Shown: positions 1 to 9,226 of the stretch, one piece after another
Position numbering within the stretch: position 1 is the first letter of the stretch
Layout: each line of letters starts with the position of its first letter
Source: Patescibacteria group bacterium
GTDB taxonomy: Bacteria; Patescibacteriota; Patescibacteriia; Patescibacteriales; UBA12465
Direction: 5' to 3'
Assembly (NCBI GenBank): GCA_050943055.1
Contig: JBMNOL010000006.1
Location: forward strand, 1 to 49,921
DNA length: 49,921 nucleotides
The notes under the pieces: generated by a model
The model's input: the letters and a program-made list of their open reading frames with translations, nothing else
What the model was told of the DNA's origin: nothing
Database searches by the model: none
Program-made: the position numbers and the translations under genes

Positions 1-115
1 CGCTATTTCAAGCGGCGAGGATGCAGACGAATGTCGGACGAATATCCGAGGGATATTCGGACGCCAACTCTGGACAAGTGAGCTTTTCGGAAGAAAAGCG
101 AGCGCGATGATTACT
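1..115 (+). repeat. GC-rich structured non-coding element, copy A (may extend beyond the window start)
   Basis: Hairpins cgaatatcc/ggatattcg and gcttttc/gaaaagc. Motifs caagcggcgag (9-19) and tctggacaagtgagc (69-83) recur on the - strand at 45659-45669 and 45564-45578. Confidence 0.6.
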
Positions 116-170
116 TTAGGGATTACAAAAACAAAAAGACTCCTTGATTGAAATCTTTTTGGTGTTAAAT

Positions 171-602
171 TTATTGAGTGGGTTCAAAATCTACTAAATA
201 AGTTTTAATAAATTTTTCAATCGCTTTAATAACTTCTTGTTTTAATTTTGGCGGACTTTGCGCGATCCAAACAGAAAAATTATAAAGCTCTTTAGAATCA
301 ACTTTGAGCCATTTATCGTTAATATATAAAAAAACCAAAAGAGAGGTAACGGCAATCCGCTTATTACTATTTTGAAAAGGATGATTTTTTATTAATAGGT
401 AAAACAAAATTGCTCCTTTGCCGATAAGGCCGGTGTATAAATTTTTTCTTTCAAATTTCTGGAACGGGGTCGCGATACAGCTCTCCAATATATTCGGATA
501 TCTGGTCTCAAATTTTGGTATCGGCTCATCCCACTCTAAGGTATCCTCGGCCAAAGAGAAAGCGATATATTGTATTTTTTCTAAAGTTATTGGTTTAACC
601 AT
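171..602 (-). CDS. Fic/Doc family (death-on-curing type) toxin
   Basis: HPFQNSNKR matches the Doc-type motif HxFx(D/N)(G/A)NKR; 143 aa; directly downstream of a small HTH gene. Confidence 0.85.
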   Translation of the reverse strand: MVKPITLEKIQYIAFSLAEDTLEWDEPIPKFETRYPNILESCIATPFQKFERKNLYTGLIGKGAILFYLLIKNHPFQNSNKRIAVTSLLVFLYINDKWLKVDSKELYNFSVWIAQSPPKLKQEVIKAIEKFIKTYLVDFEPTQ

Positions 603-603
603 A

Positions 604-876
604 TTACTCTTTACCTAACATCTTTAAAGTTTCGCCGTAATCACGAATAACCTTGCTAACACCTTTTTTAATTTTTACTTTTTCTTCTTCTGATAGATTA
701 TTATCAATAATGCCGGTTAATTGATCCTTCGGGATTAGATAAGTTTTGCCGGCTTTTGTCGCCATAAGTTGTTCTTTTTTTATTTTATTAAAAACAGCGA
801 TACGACTTATACCTAAAATATCGGCTAACTGTTTTACTGTTAAAAAGTTTTGATTTTGATTATTTATATTTTTCAT
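604..876 (-). CDS. Excisionase-like HTH protein, probable antitoxin of the Doc toxin
   Basis: LTVKQLADILGISRIAVFNKIKK...AGKTYLIP is an HTH_17/Xis-like signature; C-terminal helix VIRDYGETLKML; 1 bp gap to the toxin gene. Confidence 0.7.
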   Translation of the reverse strand: MKNINNQNQNFLTVKQLADILGISRIAVFNKIKKEQLMATKAGKTYLIPKDQLTGIIDNNLSEEEKVKIKKGVSKVIRDYGETLKMLGKE

Positions 877-882
877 ATTTTC

Positions 883-942
883 ATGTTAACATTACATATT
901 GACATATTAACATATGTTAACTAAATAATCAATAGTTAACAT
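883..942. promoter_or_regulatory. Putative autoregulatory operator array of the TA operon
   Basis: Palindromes ATGTTAACAT (883-892) and TTAACATATGTTAA (907-920), and three GTTAAC cores at 885, 916 and 935, immediately upstream of the HTH gene. Confidence 0.5.
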
Positions 943-1158
943 CATCTTATTTATTTCTTTAAAGATATTGCGCTTATAATTCGGCTGATCGCAAGCGATA
1001 GCCTGGAGGTCGCTGATATTTCATTTTTAAAGTCTTCATTATTAAGTAATTCTTTGATGACCAGATTATATTTTTATATTGAAGGAAGCATTAAATACAA
1101 CAACCAGCTTATTTGAGGCTTAGCAGTAGTCCGATAAGATGGCTACTTAGCCAAATAA

Positions 1159-1198
1159 AAAACACAAGCACCATATTCAGATATATTGCTTGTGTTTT
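1159..1198. terminator. Intrinsic terminator for the secreted-protein gene
   Basis: Inverted repeat aaaacacaagca/tgcttgtgtttt downstream of the - strand gene ending at 1222. Confidence 0.55.
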
Positions 1199-1221
1199 AT
1201 CGGTAAATTTAAATTTTTTAT

Positions 1222-2022
1222 TTATCTACTCGCCCCCGAATAAGTAATCGCCTGCATTATATTCCAGTCTTCAGTAGAACTTGGCGTATGTCCATAAATA
1301 TCTTTAAAAATCTTAATACCAGCTGTTTCACTATTTAAATTTCTATTCTCAGCTTTTTGCCTAAGGCCATAAGCCATAATAGTTACAGCCGCGTTATCGT
1401 TAGCGTTGTTCATATCAGCTACTCTCTTGTAGATCTTTTGAAATTGTTCTTTAGCTTTATTCTCGGCGTCTTGATTAGTAATACTTGGCCAACGACCACT
1501 AGCAATTTTAACAATATCAGCTAATTCCGCTTCAGTTTCTGGTAATTTATTAAAAGCGTTCTTATAAGAATACATAACCGCCGCTCTTTCGCCAGCTCCT
1601 AATTTTTGAGTATTTGTGTCTACCCCATAGGTAATAAAATTATTTATAGCCGTTTCCATTTTAACTGGTAATTTTTCAACATTATCAGTTAATCTTTTAA
1701 GATACTTTATTTTAGTTGCCTGTTCTTTATCAATATCTCGCGATTGTTTAAGTTCTGCTAATATTTCGCTTAATTTTTCATCATACAGTCTATTGGCGCT
1801 AACCGCTGCCTCGGTTGTTTGGACAGTCGCTTTTATTGTTTTGTCGACCGCATCAGAGGTTACGGTTGAGTTAACTGTTTCGGCGCGATTATTACCAAAA
1901 GTATTACCGGTAACCGTTAAATCCGGATTACCTGTTTCAGCTTGAGTCTTAGTGGCAAAAAATAAACCGCAAATCCCAAAAACTATAAACGACATTGAAA
2001 CTGACTTTTTTAAATTAAACAT
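1222..2022 (-). CDS. Hypothetical secreted/surface protein
   Basis: N-terminal signal-like segment (MFNLKK...FIVFGICGLFFATKTQA), Thr/Asn-rich linker and helical C-terminal domain. Start placed at ATG 2022 rather than 2085. Confidence 0.7.
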   Translation of the reverse strand: MFNLKKSVSMSFIVFGICGLFFATKTQAETGNPDLTVTGNTFGNNRAETVNSTVTSDAVDKTIKATVQTTEAAVSANRLYDEKLSEILAELKQSRDIDKEQATKIKYLKRLTDNVEKLPVKMETAINNFITYGVDTNTQKLGAGERAAVMYSYKNAFNKLPETEAELADIVKIASGRWPSITNQDAENKAKEQFQKIYKRVADMNNANDNAAVTIMAYGLRQKAENRNLNSETAGIKIFKDIYGHTPSSTEDWNIMQAITYSGASR

Positions 2023-2224
2023 AAATTTTATTATTTTAATTAAAATACTATAATAATATATAGCAAAAATATGCGTAAACATCAAATTTTTAAGTATATC
2101 TACCCTTTAATGACTCCCCCCCCCTCTTTAATACCCCGCTCGATTTTTGGGATATCAGACTTTCAGGCTCCAGATAAAGAAGAAGTGTGGTTTGGGCCAC
2201 TCTTTTTATTTAATTTATTTTCTG

Positions 2225-3460
2225 TTAAGAAATAAAAACTTTTTGAAGTTTATTGTTTAGGGGAAAATCTGGAGGAAGCGGAACATTAAAATAGAATTCT
2301 GTTTTTCCTTCTAACCCGCTTAAACCAGACTCCACTACGACCGCCACTTCCTGACCACAAAGTTTTTCTATCATTTCATTACGATAAGCTAGGACTAACT
2401 CATCAGACAATTTTCGCAACCGAGCAGCGCGGTCTTTTTTCTCGGCCGCCGAAACTTTATTTGGCAATTTAAAGGCCGGAGTTTGCTCATGAGCAGAAAA
2501 TGGAAAGACGTGAATTTTACTAAAGCCCATCTCTCTAGCAAAACTCAAAGTATCATTAAAATCTTCTTCACTTTCACCGGGGAAGCCAACAATAATATCG
2601 GTAGAGATAGCAATTTCAGGCATCGCCTCTCTCAGTAATTTTACCCGTTGCCGAAAATAATCAGTATCATAAGGGCGGTTCATGGCCTTTAAAATTTTAT
2701 CACTTCCGGATTGCAACGAAATGTGTAAATGCTGGCAAATTTGTGGTTGCGCTTTCATTAACGCAATTAAGGTTTCGTCAACTTCATTTATTTCAATAGA
2801 ACTTAGCCGTAAGCGTCCCAAATCTTTAATTGTTAAAAGTTTTTTAAGAAGCGCGACTAGAGATTCATTGCCTTTTAAATCCTCACCGTAACGGCCTAGA
2901 TGAATTCCCGATAAAACAATTTCCCCATAGCCCGCTTCGGTCGCCGCCTTGGCTTCTGCGATTAAATTTTCAGTCGGGCGACTCTTAATGCGACCGCGAG
3001 CGTAAGGGATAACACAATAAGTACAAAATTGATTGCAACCATCACCGACTTTTAAAAAATAACGAGAGCGATCAGATGGCACCAGAAGTCCACTTTCAGA
3101 AACCGGCAAGTCATTTAGACTAGGAAAAACAAGGGCTAATTTTTTTAAAAGCCCGGGATTATCACCCACTCCCCACAAAATTAAATCCGGTCGTTCAGTT
3201 TCCAAATCAGCGCTAATCTGCGGCCAACAACCCATAATTAAGAAACGGGCCTGCGGGTACAGATTTTTTAACTTATGATAAACTTGCCGATCTTTAGTAA
3301 TCGCTTTTTTAGTGACCGCGCAAGTATTGATAATTACTAAAGCCGGGTTATTTTTATCATGTCGCCAACCGCGATCTAAAAATTCTTTTTTGAGTAAAGC
3401 CAAATCATACTGATTGACTTTACAGCCCAGCGCTAAGCTATAAAAATTAAGGTTTTTCAT
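2225..3460 (-). CDS. mtaB: tRNA methylthiotransferase MtaB (radical SAM, MiaB/RimO family)
   Basis: LGCKVNQYD, INTCAVT and GCNQFCTYC (CxxxCxxC); LSGIHLGRYG and RLRLSSIE are typical of MtaB. Start at ATG 3460. Confidence 0.85.
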   Translation of the reverse strand: MKNLNFYSLALGCKVNQYDLALLKKEFLDRGWRHDKNNPALVIINTCAVTKKAITKDRQVYHKLKNLYPQARFLIMGCWPQISADLETERPDLILWGVGDNPGLLKKLALVFPSLNDLPVSESGLLVPSDRSRYFLKVGDGCNQFCTYCVIPYARGRIKSRPTENLIAEAKAATEAGYGEIVLSGIHLGRYGEDLKGNESLVALLKKLLTIKDLGRLRLSSIEINEVDETLIALMKAQPQICQHLHISLQSGSDKILKAMNRPYDTDYFRQRVKLLREAMPEIAISTDIIVGFPGESEEDFNDTLSFAREMGFSKIHVFPFSAHEQTPAFKLPNKVSAAEKKDRAARLRKLSDELVLAYRNEMIEKLCGQEVAVVVESGLSGLEGKTEFYFNVPLPPDFPLNNKLQKVFIS

Positions 3461-3534
3461 ATTTTCTAGTATAAAGACCGGGGGCAACTCTTGTCAAAGA
3501 TTAAAAATATTGATAGTATCAATTTTAGTTTGAC

Positions 3535-3607
3535 GCGCCCATAGCTCAGCCGGTAGAGCAGCTCCCTTTTAAGGAGAAGGTCGCAGGTTCGAATCCTGCT
3601 GGGCGCA
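3535..3607 (+). tRNA. tRNA-Lys(UUU)
   Basis: Cloverleaf with GCGCCCA/TGGGCGC acceptor, GCTC/GAGC D-stem, loop CTTTTAA and GCAGG-TTCGAAT-CCTGC T-arm; CCA not encoded. Confidence 0.95.
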
Positions 3608-3627
3608 CTTTTGTTTATTTGGTATTA

Positions 3628-3701
3628 GCCGACTTAGCTCAGACAGGTAGAGCAGCTGTCTTGTAAACAGCAGGTCGTCGGTTCGAACCCGACAGTCGGC
3701 T
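3628..3701 (+). tRNA. tRNA-Thr(UGU)
   Basis: GCCGACT/AGTCGGC acceptor, anticodon arm GCTGT-CTTGTAA-ACAGC and T-arm GTCGG-TTCGAAC-CCGAC; CCA not encoded. Confidence 0.95.
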
Positions 3702-3706
3702 CCTCT

Positions 3707-3732
3707 AAAAACCGCTTTTTAGCGGTTTTTTT
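3707..3732 (+). terminator. Intrinsic terminator after the tRNA pair
   Basis: aaaaaccgct-tttt-agcggttttttt. Confidence 0.75.
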
Positions 3733-3815
3733 AATAAAAAGGGGATAAATTGTTAATAGTTTAACTTGAATACCCTCATCTTTTCCCCTAAAATAGAGAA
3801 GCTAATTACAGTCTT

Positions 3816-5207
3816 ATGAGTTTAAATAAAGAAAACCAAATCTTAGAAAGAATCCCGCCGCATAGCTTGGAAGCGGAGGAATCTTTATTGGGGTGTTTGC
3901 TGATTGATAAGGATGCTATTGTTAAAGTTGCCGACACTGTTCTCCCCCAAGATTTTTATAAAGAAGCTCACCAAACAATTTTTGAAGTTATCAAAGAGCT
4001 TTACGGCAATCAAGAGTCCATTGATATTATTACCGTCTCTAACCGCTTGGAAGAAAAGAAAAAGCTAGCCGCCATTGGCGGACGCTCTACCTTAGCCAGA
4101 CTTTCTAATTCCGTCGCCACCTCAGCCAATGTTTCCAACTATGCCGACATCATCCAACGCAAAGCTACCCTCCGCCGCCTTCAACAAGCGGCTTCCGAAA
4201 TTATGACTTTAAGTTATGATGAAGAGCGAGATATTGATGATGTGTTAGATGAGACCGAAAAGAAAATTTTCGCGGTTAGTCGTAAATATTTAAAAAATGC
4301 TTTCTTACCAATTGACAGTCTCCTAAGCGAAGCTTTTGAACGTATTGACGATTTACATAAACGTTCCGGCAGCGGCCTACGTGGCCTAGCCACCGGCTTC
4401 AACGATTTAGATAACTTATTAGCCGGCTTACAAAAATCAGATTTAATTATTTTAGCCGCCCGCCCGTCCGTCGGAAAAACTTCCTTAGCTTTAGATATTG
4501 CCCGCCAAGCGGCGATTAAGAATAAAGTCGGAGTCGGTATTTTTTCTTTGGAAATGAGCAAGGACCAATTAGTGGACCGTATGCTCTGTTCTCAAGCCGG
4601 CGTGAACCTCTGGAAAATGCGCACTGGCAATCTAAGCGACAGCGGTGAAAATAACGATTTTGAAAAAATTGCCGATGCGATGGGTAAGCTGGCGGAAGCG
4701 CAAATCTATATTGATGATTCCGGCTCGCTTTCAATCATGGAAATTAGAGCCAAGTGTCGGCGCTTGCAGATGGAAAAAGGTTTAGGTTTAATTATTATTG
4801 ACTACTTGCAGTTAATGGAAGGCAACGGCCGCTACGGTGATAACCGGGTCCAAGAAATTGCTGAAATCAGCCGTGGTTTAAAATCAATTGCTCGCGAACT
4901 CAATATCCCGGTACTCGCCTTAGCTCAACTCTCGCGCGCCGTGGAATCGACATCACCAGCAATTCCTAAACTCTCTCACTTACGTGACTCGGGCTCAATC
5001 GAACAAGATGCCGACATTGTAATGTTTATTTATAGAAAAGCGGCCGATAGAAACTACAACCTCGCCGACCTCGCCGCCGATGAACGCTACAAGGCGGAAA
5101 TCCATGTGGCCAAACATCGCAATGGCCCTATCGGCAAAATTGATTTATACTTTGAAGAGGCGACCGCCAGTTTTCATAACTTGTCGCACGCTTCTGAACA
5201 ACAATAG
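3816..5207 (+). CDS. dnaB: Replicative DNA helicase DnaB
   Basis: PPHSLEAEESLLG N-terminus, AARPSVGKT Walker A, IIIDYLQL, LRDSGSIEQDAD and AKHRNGP. Confidence 0.97.
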   Translation: MSLNKENQILERIPPHSLEAEESLLGCLLIDKDAIVKVADTVLPQDFYKEAHQTIFEVIKELYGNQESIDIITVSNRLEEKKKLAAIGGRSTLARLSNSVATSANVSNYADIIQRKATLRRLQQAASEIMTLSYDEERDIDDVLDETEKKIFAVSRKYLKNAFLPIDSLLSEAFERIDDLHKRSGSGLRGLATGFNDLDNLLAGLQKSDLIILAARPSVGKTSLALDIARQAAIKNKVGVGIFSLEMSKDQLVDRMLCSQAGVNLWKMRTGNLSDSGENNDFEKIADAMGKLAEAQIYIDDSGSLSIMEIRAKCRRLQMEKGLGLIIIDYLQLMEGNGRYGDNRVQEIAEISRGLKSIARELNIPVLALAQLSRAVESTSPAIPKLSHLRDSGSIEQDADIVMFIYRKAADRNYNLADLAADERYKAEIHVAKHRNGPIGKIDLYFEEATASFHNLSHASEQQ

Positions 5208-5237
5208 TCTTACAATTAAATTTTTAAATAAAAAATT

Positions 5238-5513
5238 ATGTTCAACAAATTAAAACAGTTTAAAGACTTGCGTCAACAAGCTAAGACCATACAAGATGTT
5301 CTAGAAAAAGAGAGCATCACTGAAGAAAAAAATAGCATTAAAGTGGTGATGAACGGCAACATGGAAATTACCGAGCTAACCATTACCAGCGAGGCCGGTA
5401 AAGATGAGATTGCCCACCAAACCAAAGCCGTTGTTAACGACGCTATTAAAAAAGTACAACGTTTGATGGCTAAGAAGATGCAAGAAATGGGTGGCATTCC
5501 GGGGATGAACTAA
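5238..5513 (+). CDS. ybaB: YbaB/EbfC family nucleoid-associated protein
   Basis: 91 aa, IKVVMNGNMEI...AVVNDAIKK...MGGIPG; conserved position upstream of recR. Confidence 0.8.
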   Translation: MFNKLKQFKDLRQQAKTIQDVLEKESITEEKNSIKVVMNGNMEITELTITSEAGKDEIAHQTKAVVNDAIKKVQRLMAKKMQEMGGIPGMN

Positions 5514-5518
5514 AAATT

Positions 5519-6118
5519 ATGCGTTTCCCCCGCACCATTAAAAGAGCGATTGAAGCTTTTTCTACTTTACCCAGTGTCGGCCCGAAAACTGCTGAACGCT
5601 ATGTTTTTTATTTGCTTAATGAAAGACCGGAAAAAACTGAAGAGTTGATTCAAGCCTTAGGCGAACTGAGAAGTGGCATCACCACCTGTCATAAATGTTT
5701 GGCTCTGGCCGAGCAAGATCCTTGCCCGCTCTGTGCTGATTCTAAGCGTGAACAAACGCTTCTCTGTATTGTGGAAAATACCCAAGACCGAGAAGTAATT
5801 GAGGCGACGGGGCAATATCACGGCCGCTATTTTGTTCTTGGAGGACTAATTGATACGATTGCCAAAGTTCAACCCTCCGACTTAAATGTGCGTGCGCTCG
5901 TCAAATCTTTAAAAGAGCAACCGGTAAAAGAAATTATTTTGGGTTTAAATTTTACGCTCGAAGGGGAAACAACAGCTCTGTATTTAAAGAAATTGTTAGA
6001 AAATTATCCGGCCAAAATCACGCGCCTGGCCCGCGGCTTACCGGCCGGCTCCGATCTAGAATATGCAGATGAGATGACTTTAAAGAATGCTTTAGAATAT
6101 CGTAATGAAATTAAATAA
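5519..6118 (+). CDS. recR: Recombination mediator RecR
   Basis: LPSVGPKTAER HhH, C4 zinc finger (CHKC...CPLC), Toprim domain, EGETTA and ITRLARGLPAG. Confidence 0.95.
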   Translation: MRFPRTIKRAIEAFSTLPSVGPKTAERYVFYLLNERPEKTEELIQALGELRSGITTCHKCLALAEQDPCPLCADSKREQTLLCIVENTQDREVIEATGQYHGRYFVLGGLIDTIAKVQPSDLNVRALVKSLKEQPVKEIILGLNFTLEGETTALYLKKLLENYPAKITRLARGLPAGSDLEYADEMTLKNALEYRNEIK

Positions 6119-6145
6119 AAAAGAGGCTCAGTGAGCCTCTTTTTT
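6117..6145. terminator. Bidirectional terminator between recR and rplU
   Basis: aaaaaagaggctca-g-tgagcctctttttt between convergent genes. Confidence 0.8.
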
Positions 6146-6456
6146 TAAGCGATTGTTTTTATTTTAACTGTTGTCTGTAGTTGACGGTGACCAGTAGTTT
6201 TCTTATAACGAGTTTTGTTTTTATACTTTACGACCGTCACTTTATCATCTTTGAAAGTTTCTAAAACTTCGCCGCTCACCTTCTCTCCTAAAGATGAAGT
6301 ACCTAACTCTAAATCTTCGCCATCCTCACTAGCTACCAAAAGAGTGTCAAAATTAACCACCGTACCCGGCGCGGCTTCTAATTTCTCAATTTTTATCGTT
6401 TGGCCTTCTTTAACGCAGTATTGTTTTCCGCCGGTTTTAATAATTGCAATTTTCAT
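6145..6456 (-). CDS. rplU: 50S ribosomal protein L21
   Basis: AIIKTGGKQY...KYKNKTRYKKTTGHRQ. Confidence 0.95.
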   Translation of the reverse strand: MKIAIIKTGGKQYCVKEGQTIKIEKLEAAPGTVVNFDTLLVASEDGEDLELGTSSLGEKVSGEVLETFKDDKVTVVKYKNKTRYKKTTGHRQLQTTVKIKTIA

Positions 6457-6640
6457 AATAATTTTAGAATAAAAAGAGCCAAAGCGTCTTGGGCTGAGTC
6501 GCTACTGGCTAAATACCAATAAATAATAGCAAATTACTAAATTTTGTCAACTGAGCACCGAAAATATTGATTTTTTTGTTAAAAAAGTTTGAATTTATCA
6601 TCTAAATAGATTATAGTTAAGGTAAATTAACTGAAAAAAT

Positions 6641-7903
6641 ATGCCTAAATTTGTTATTAAAGGCGGCAATCGCTTAAGCGGGGAAATTGCTGTTTCGGGA
6701 GCCAAAAATTCGGCTTTAAAAATTATTCCCGCTGCCATTTTATCGACAGAAACCTTAACGATTGAAAATCTTCCACTAATTGAAGATGTGGACCGCTCTT
6801 TAGAGCTGCTCGAAGCCCTAGGCGCCAAGATTGAAAGATCGGAACATCGGGCAATTATTAACACCAAAAATATCAAAACTTCCCAGCTTGATGAAAAAAT
6901 GGCCGATAAATTTCGCGGTTCAATCATGTTTGTCGGCCCCTTATTAGCCCGTTTTGGCGAGGCCAAGTTCCCTCACCCCGGTGGTTGCGTTATCGGTGCC
7001 GGGGAAAGGCCAATTGATTTATTCTTAGCCGGCTACAAAGCCTTTGGCGCGGAAATTGATGAAAGTTCGGGTGAATACTATCACATCAAAGCGGAAAAAT
7101 TGGGTCCGGCTAATTATTTTTTCCCCTTAGTCAGCGTAACGGCAACCGAAAGCATGTTAATGACGGCGGCAATTATTCCCGGCAAAACAGTGCTAAAGAA
7201 TTGCGCGATGGAGCCAGAAATTGAAGCGCTCGCTGAATACTTAAACAGCCAGGGGGCTAAAATTACGGGTGCCGGCTCGCCAACAATAACTATTGAAGGA
7301 ACGAAAAATTTAAGCGCGAGCACCTTTACGGTTATTCCCGATCGAATTGAAACTGGTTCGTTTGCCATTTTAGCGGCCGCGACCCAATCAGAAATTACTA
7401 TTACCCACTGCAACCCCGAACATGTCATGACCTTGCTTGTAATCTTAAAAGATGTGGGCGTGAATTTTGAATTGGGTCCCGACTGGATTAGAGTGAAGCC
7501 CAATGGTTACTTAAAATCCCATAGCATTAAAACTCACGAATACCCCGGTTTTGCCACTGACTTACAATCACCCTATGTCGTTTTAATGACTCAAGCCCAG
7601 GGGACTTGTTTGGTTCACGAAACTATTTATGACCGCCGCTTGATTTGGACGGACATGTTATCGCAGATGGGGGCGGATATTACGATGTGCGACCCGCACC
7701 GAGTCGTTATTAACGGACCGACGAAGCTGCGCGGTAAGCGTTTAATTTCTCCGGATTTACGCGCCGGAATTGCTTTAGTAATTGCCGGCTTGGTTGCGGA
7801 AGGGCAAACGGAAATTGATAATATTTACCAAATTGATCGCGGTTACGAAAAACTAGAAGAGCGTTTGGCCAAAATCGGCGCTGATATTAAGAGGATTGAA
7901 TAA
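6641..7903 (+). CDS. murA: UDP-N-acetylglucosamine 1-carboxyvinyltransferase
   Basis: VSGAKNSAL, PGGCVIG (catalytic Cys), PDRIETGS, YPGFATDLQ and IDRGYE. Confidence 0.95.
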   Translation: MPKFVIKGGNRLSGEIAVSGAKNSALKIIPAAILSTETLTIENLPLIEDVDRSLELLEALGAKIERSEHRAIINTKNIKTSQLDEKMADKFRGSIMFVGPLLARFGEAKFPHPGGCVIGAGERPIDLFLAGYKAFGAEIDESSGEYYHIKAEKLGPANYFFPLVSVTATESMLMTAAIIPGKTVLKNCAMEPEIEALAEYLNSQGAKITGAGSPTITIEGTKNLSASTFTVIPDRIETGSFAILAAATQSEITITHCNPEHVMTLLVILKDVGVNFELGPDWIRVKPNGYLKSHSIKTHEYPGFATDLQSPYVVLMTQAQGTCLVHETIYDRRLIWTDMLSQMGADITMCDPHRVVINGPTKLRGKRLISPDLRAGIALVIAGLVAEGQTEIDNIYQIDRGYEKLEERLAKIGADIKRIE

Positions 7904-7904
7904 T

Positions 7905-9215
7905 ATGAGTGCCAAAGCGAGACGTTTCATGTTTATTACGGCCGTTATTTTGTTTGTCGTCTTAACGACCGGATTATCAATTTTTGCTAGTGGTTATCGC
8001 TTTAACTGGCAAGCCGCTGGTGGCTGGCAGAATTTATTGGTTAAAACTGGAAGCTTATTAGTAGAGAGCGAACCAAAAGGAGCGCTGGCCAGTCTTGAAC
8101 AGATTCATGGCCACTATTCCCCTCTGGAAAAGAAAACTGCTGAAGAAAGAAAGACACCCTTAAAAGTAAATAATCTACTGCCGGGAGAATACCTTCTAAC
8201 TTTAAATCTCAATGGTTACTTACCATATCAGAAAAAAATAAGCATCAACCCGTCAATGGCCACTATTTTAGGCGAGGTGGTTTTATTCAAAAATTGCTTA
8301 CCCATGTTAGTGCTTCCAACGGAAAGTAATAATTTTAATTACCAGCCCGATGGTCACTTAGTTGCTTTACCTGAAGAAGAAATAATCTTTGATTTAATTG
8401 CCGAAAAAACCTTAATAAAAATTAGCCGCGATTCACAAATTAATTGGGTAAACGGCAATCAAGCTGTTGACGGAGCGAAGGTGATAAATCTAGATCAGGG
8501 GGTAGTAAGTGATTATACGGCCCAATTAGGGAAAGTCGATAACGGTTTAATGTCCGGTAATCTCCTAATTTATTCACAAGCAGGAAGGCTAAGCAGCTTA
8601 GAGACGAACACAAAAAAGGTTCAAGTCCTAAAAACTCAGGGGCCGGTTATTGATTATGAAGTAGTTGGCGACACTTTAGTAGTTTTAAGCACGCAAGAGG
8701 CTGACACCAGATTAGAATTTATTGATTATAAAAATAATCGCCTCTTAAAAGAAACCGCCCTTCTAAAAGCGGAAGACTGGGACTTAAAAAAAGAGGGACA
8801 AACTTTGATTTTAAGCGATCGCAATCACAAGATTACTTATGTCGTGGATGCCAAAATACAAGAGGTTCAGCATTTACTTAGAGATAGCCACCAGCCGGTA
8901 CTTCTTAATAAAGCGGAGCTCGCCTACGCAGAAGGCTCAGAAATCCATTTGTATAATTTAGATTTACAAAAAGATTCTCTACTGACCCGTTTGGGTAGCG
9001 AGATAAAAAGTCTAAGCGCTGGGCCGAGCGGCTATTTAGCCTACGCCACCGATCAAGAAGTGGGAACCTTAGATTTAAATGATCCTAAAAAAGAAACCAT
9101 TACTTTATTTAGTGGCGCCAACATCAGCCAACTAAAATTTGAAAAAACTGGTAACGCTCTCTTCTTTTTTGCAGAAATCGGGAACAAAAAGGGTTTATAT
9201 AAGATAGACCTCTAA
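7905..9215 (+). CDS. Membrane-anchored PEGA-domain protein with beta-rich C-terminal region
   Basis: N-terminal TM helix; TGSLLVESEPKGA...TPLKVNNLLPGEYLLTLNLNGY is PEGA-like. ATG at 7905 follows the murA stop. Confidence 0.65.
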   Translation: MSAKARRFMFITAVILFVVLTTGLSIFASGYRFNWQAAGGWQNLLVKTGSLLVESEPKGALASLEQIHGHYSPLEKKTAEERKTPLKVNNLLPGEYLLTLNLNGYLPYQKKISINPSMATILGEVVLFKNCLPMLVLPTESNNFNYQPDGHLVALPEEEIIFDLIAEKTLIKISRDSQINWVNGNQAVDGAKVINLDQGVVSDYTAQLGKVDNGLMSGNLLIYSQAGRLSSLETNTKKVQVLKTQGPVIDYEVVGDTLVVLSTQEADTRLEFIDYKNNRLLKETALLKAEDWDLKKEGQTLILSDRNHKITYVVDAKIQEVQHLLRDSHQPVLLNKAELAYAEGSEIHLYNLDLQKDSLLTRLGSEIKSLSAGPSGYLAYATDQEVGTLDLNDPKKETITLFSGANISQLKFEKTGNALFFFAEIGNKKGLYKIDL

Positions 9216-9226
9216 GATTTTAAAAG

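Noticed and set aside
2116-2124. C9 homopolymer as a phase-variable promoter tract
   Set aside because: It lies about 95 bp upstream of the start codon and outside any clear -35/-10 spacer; no evidence of variation.
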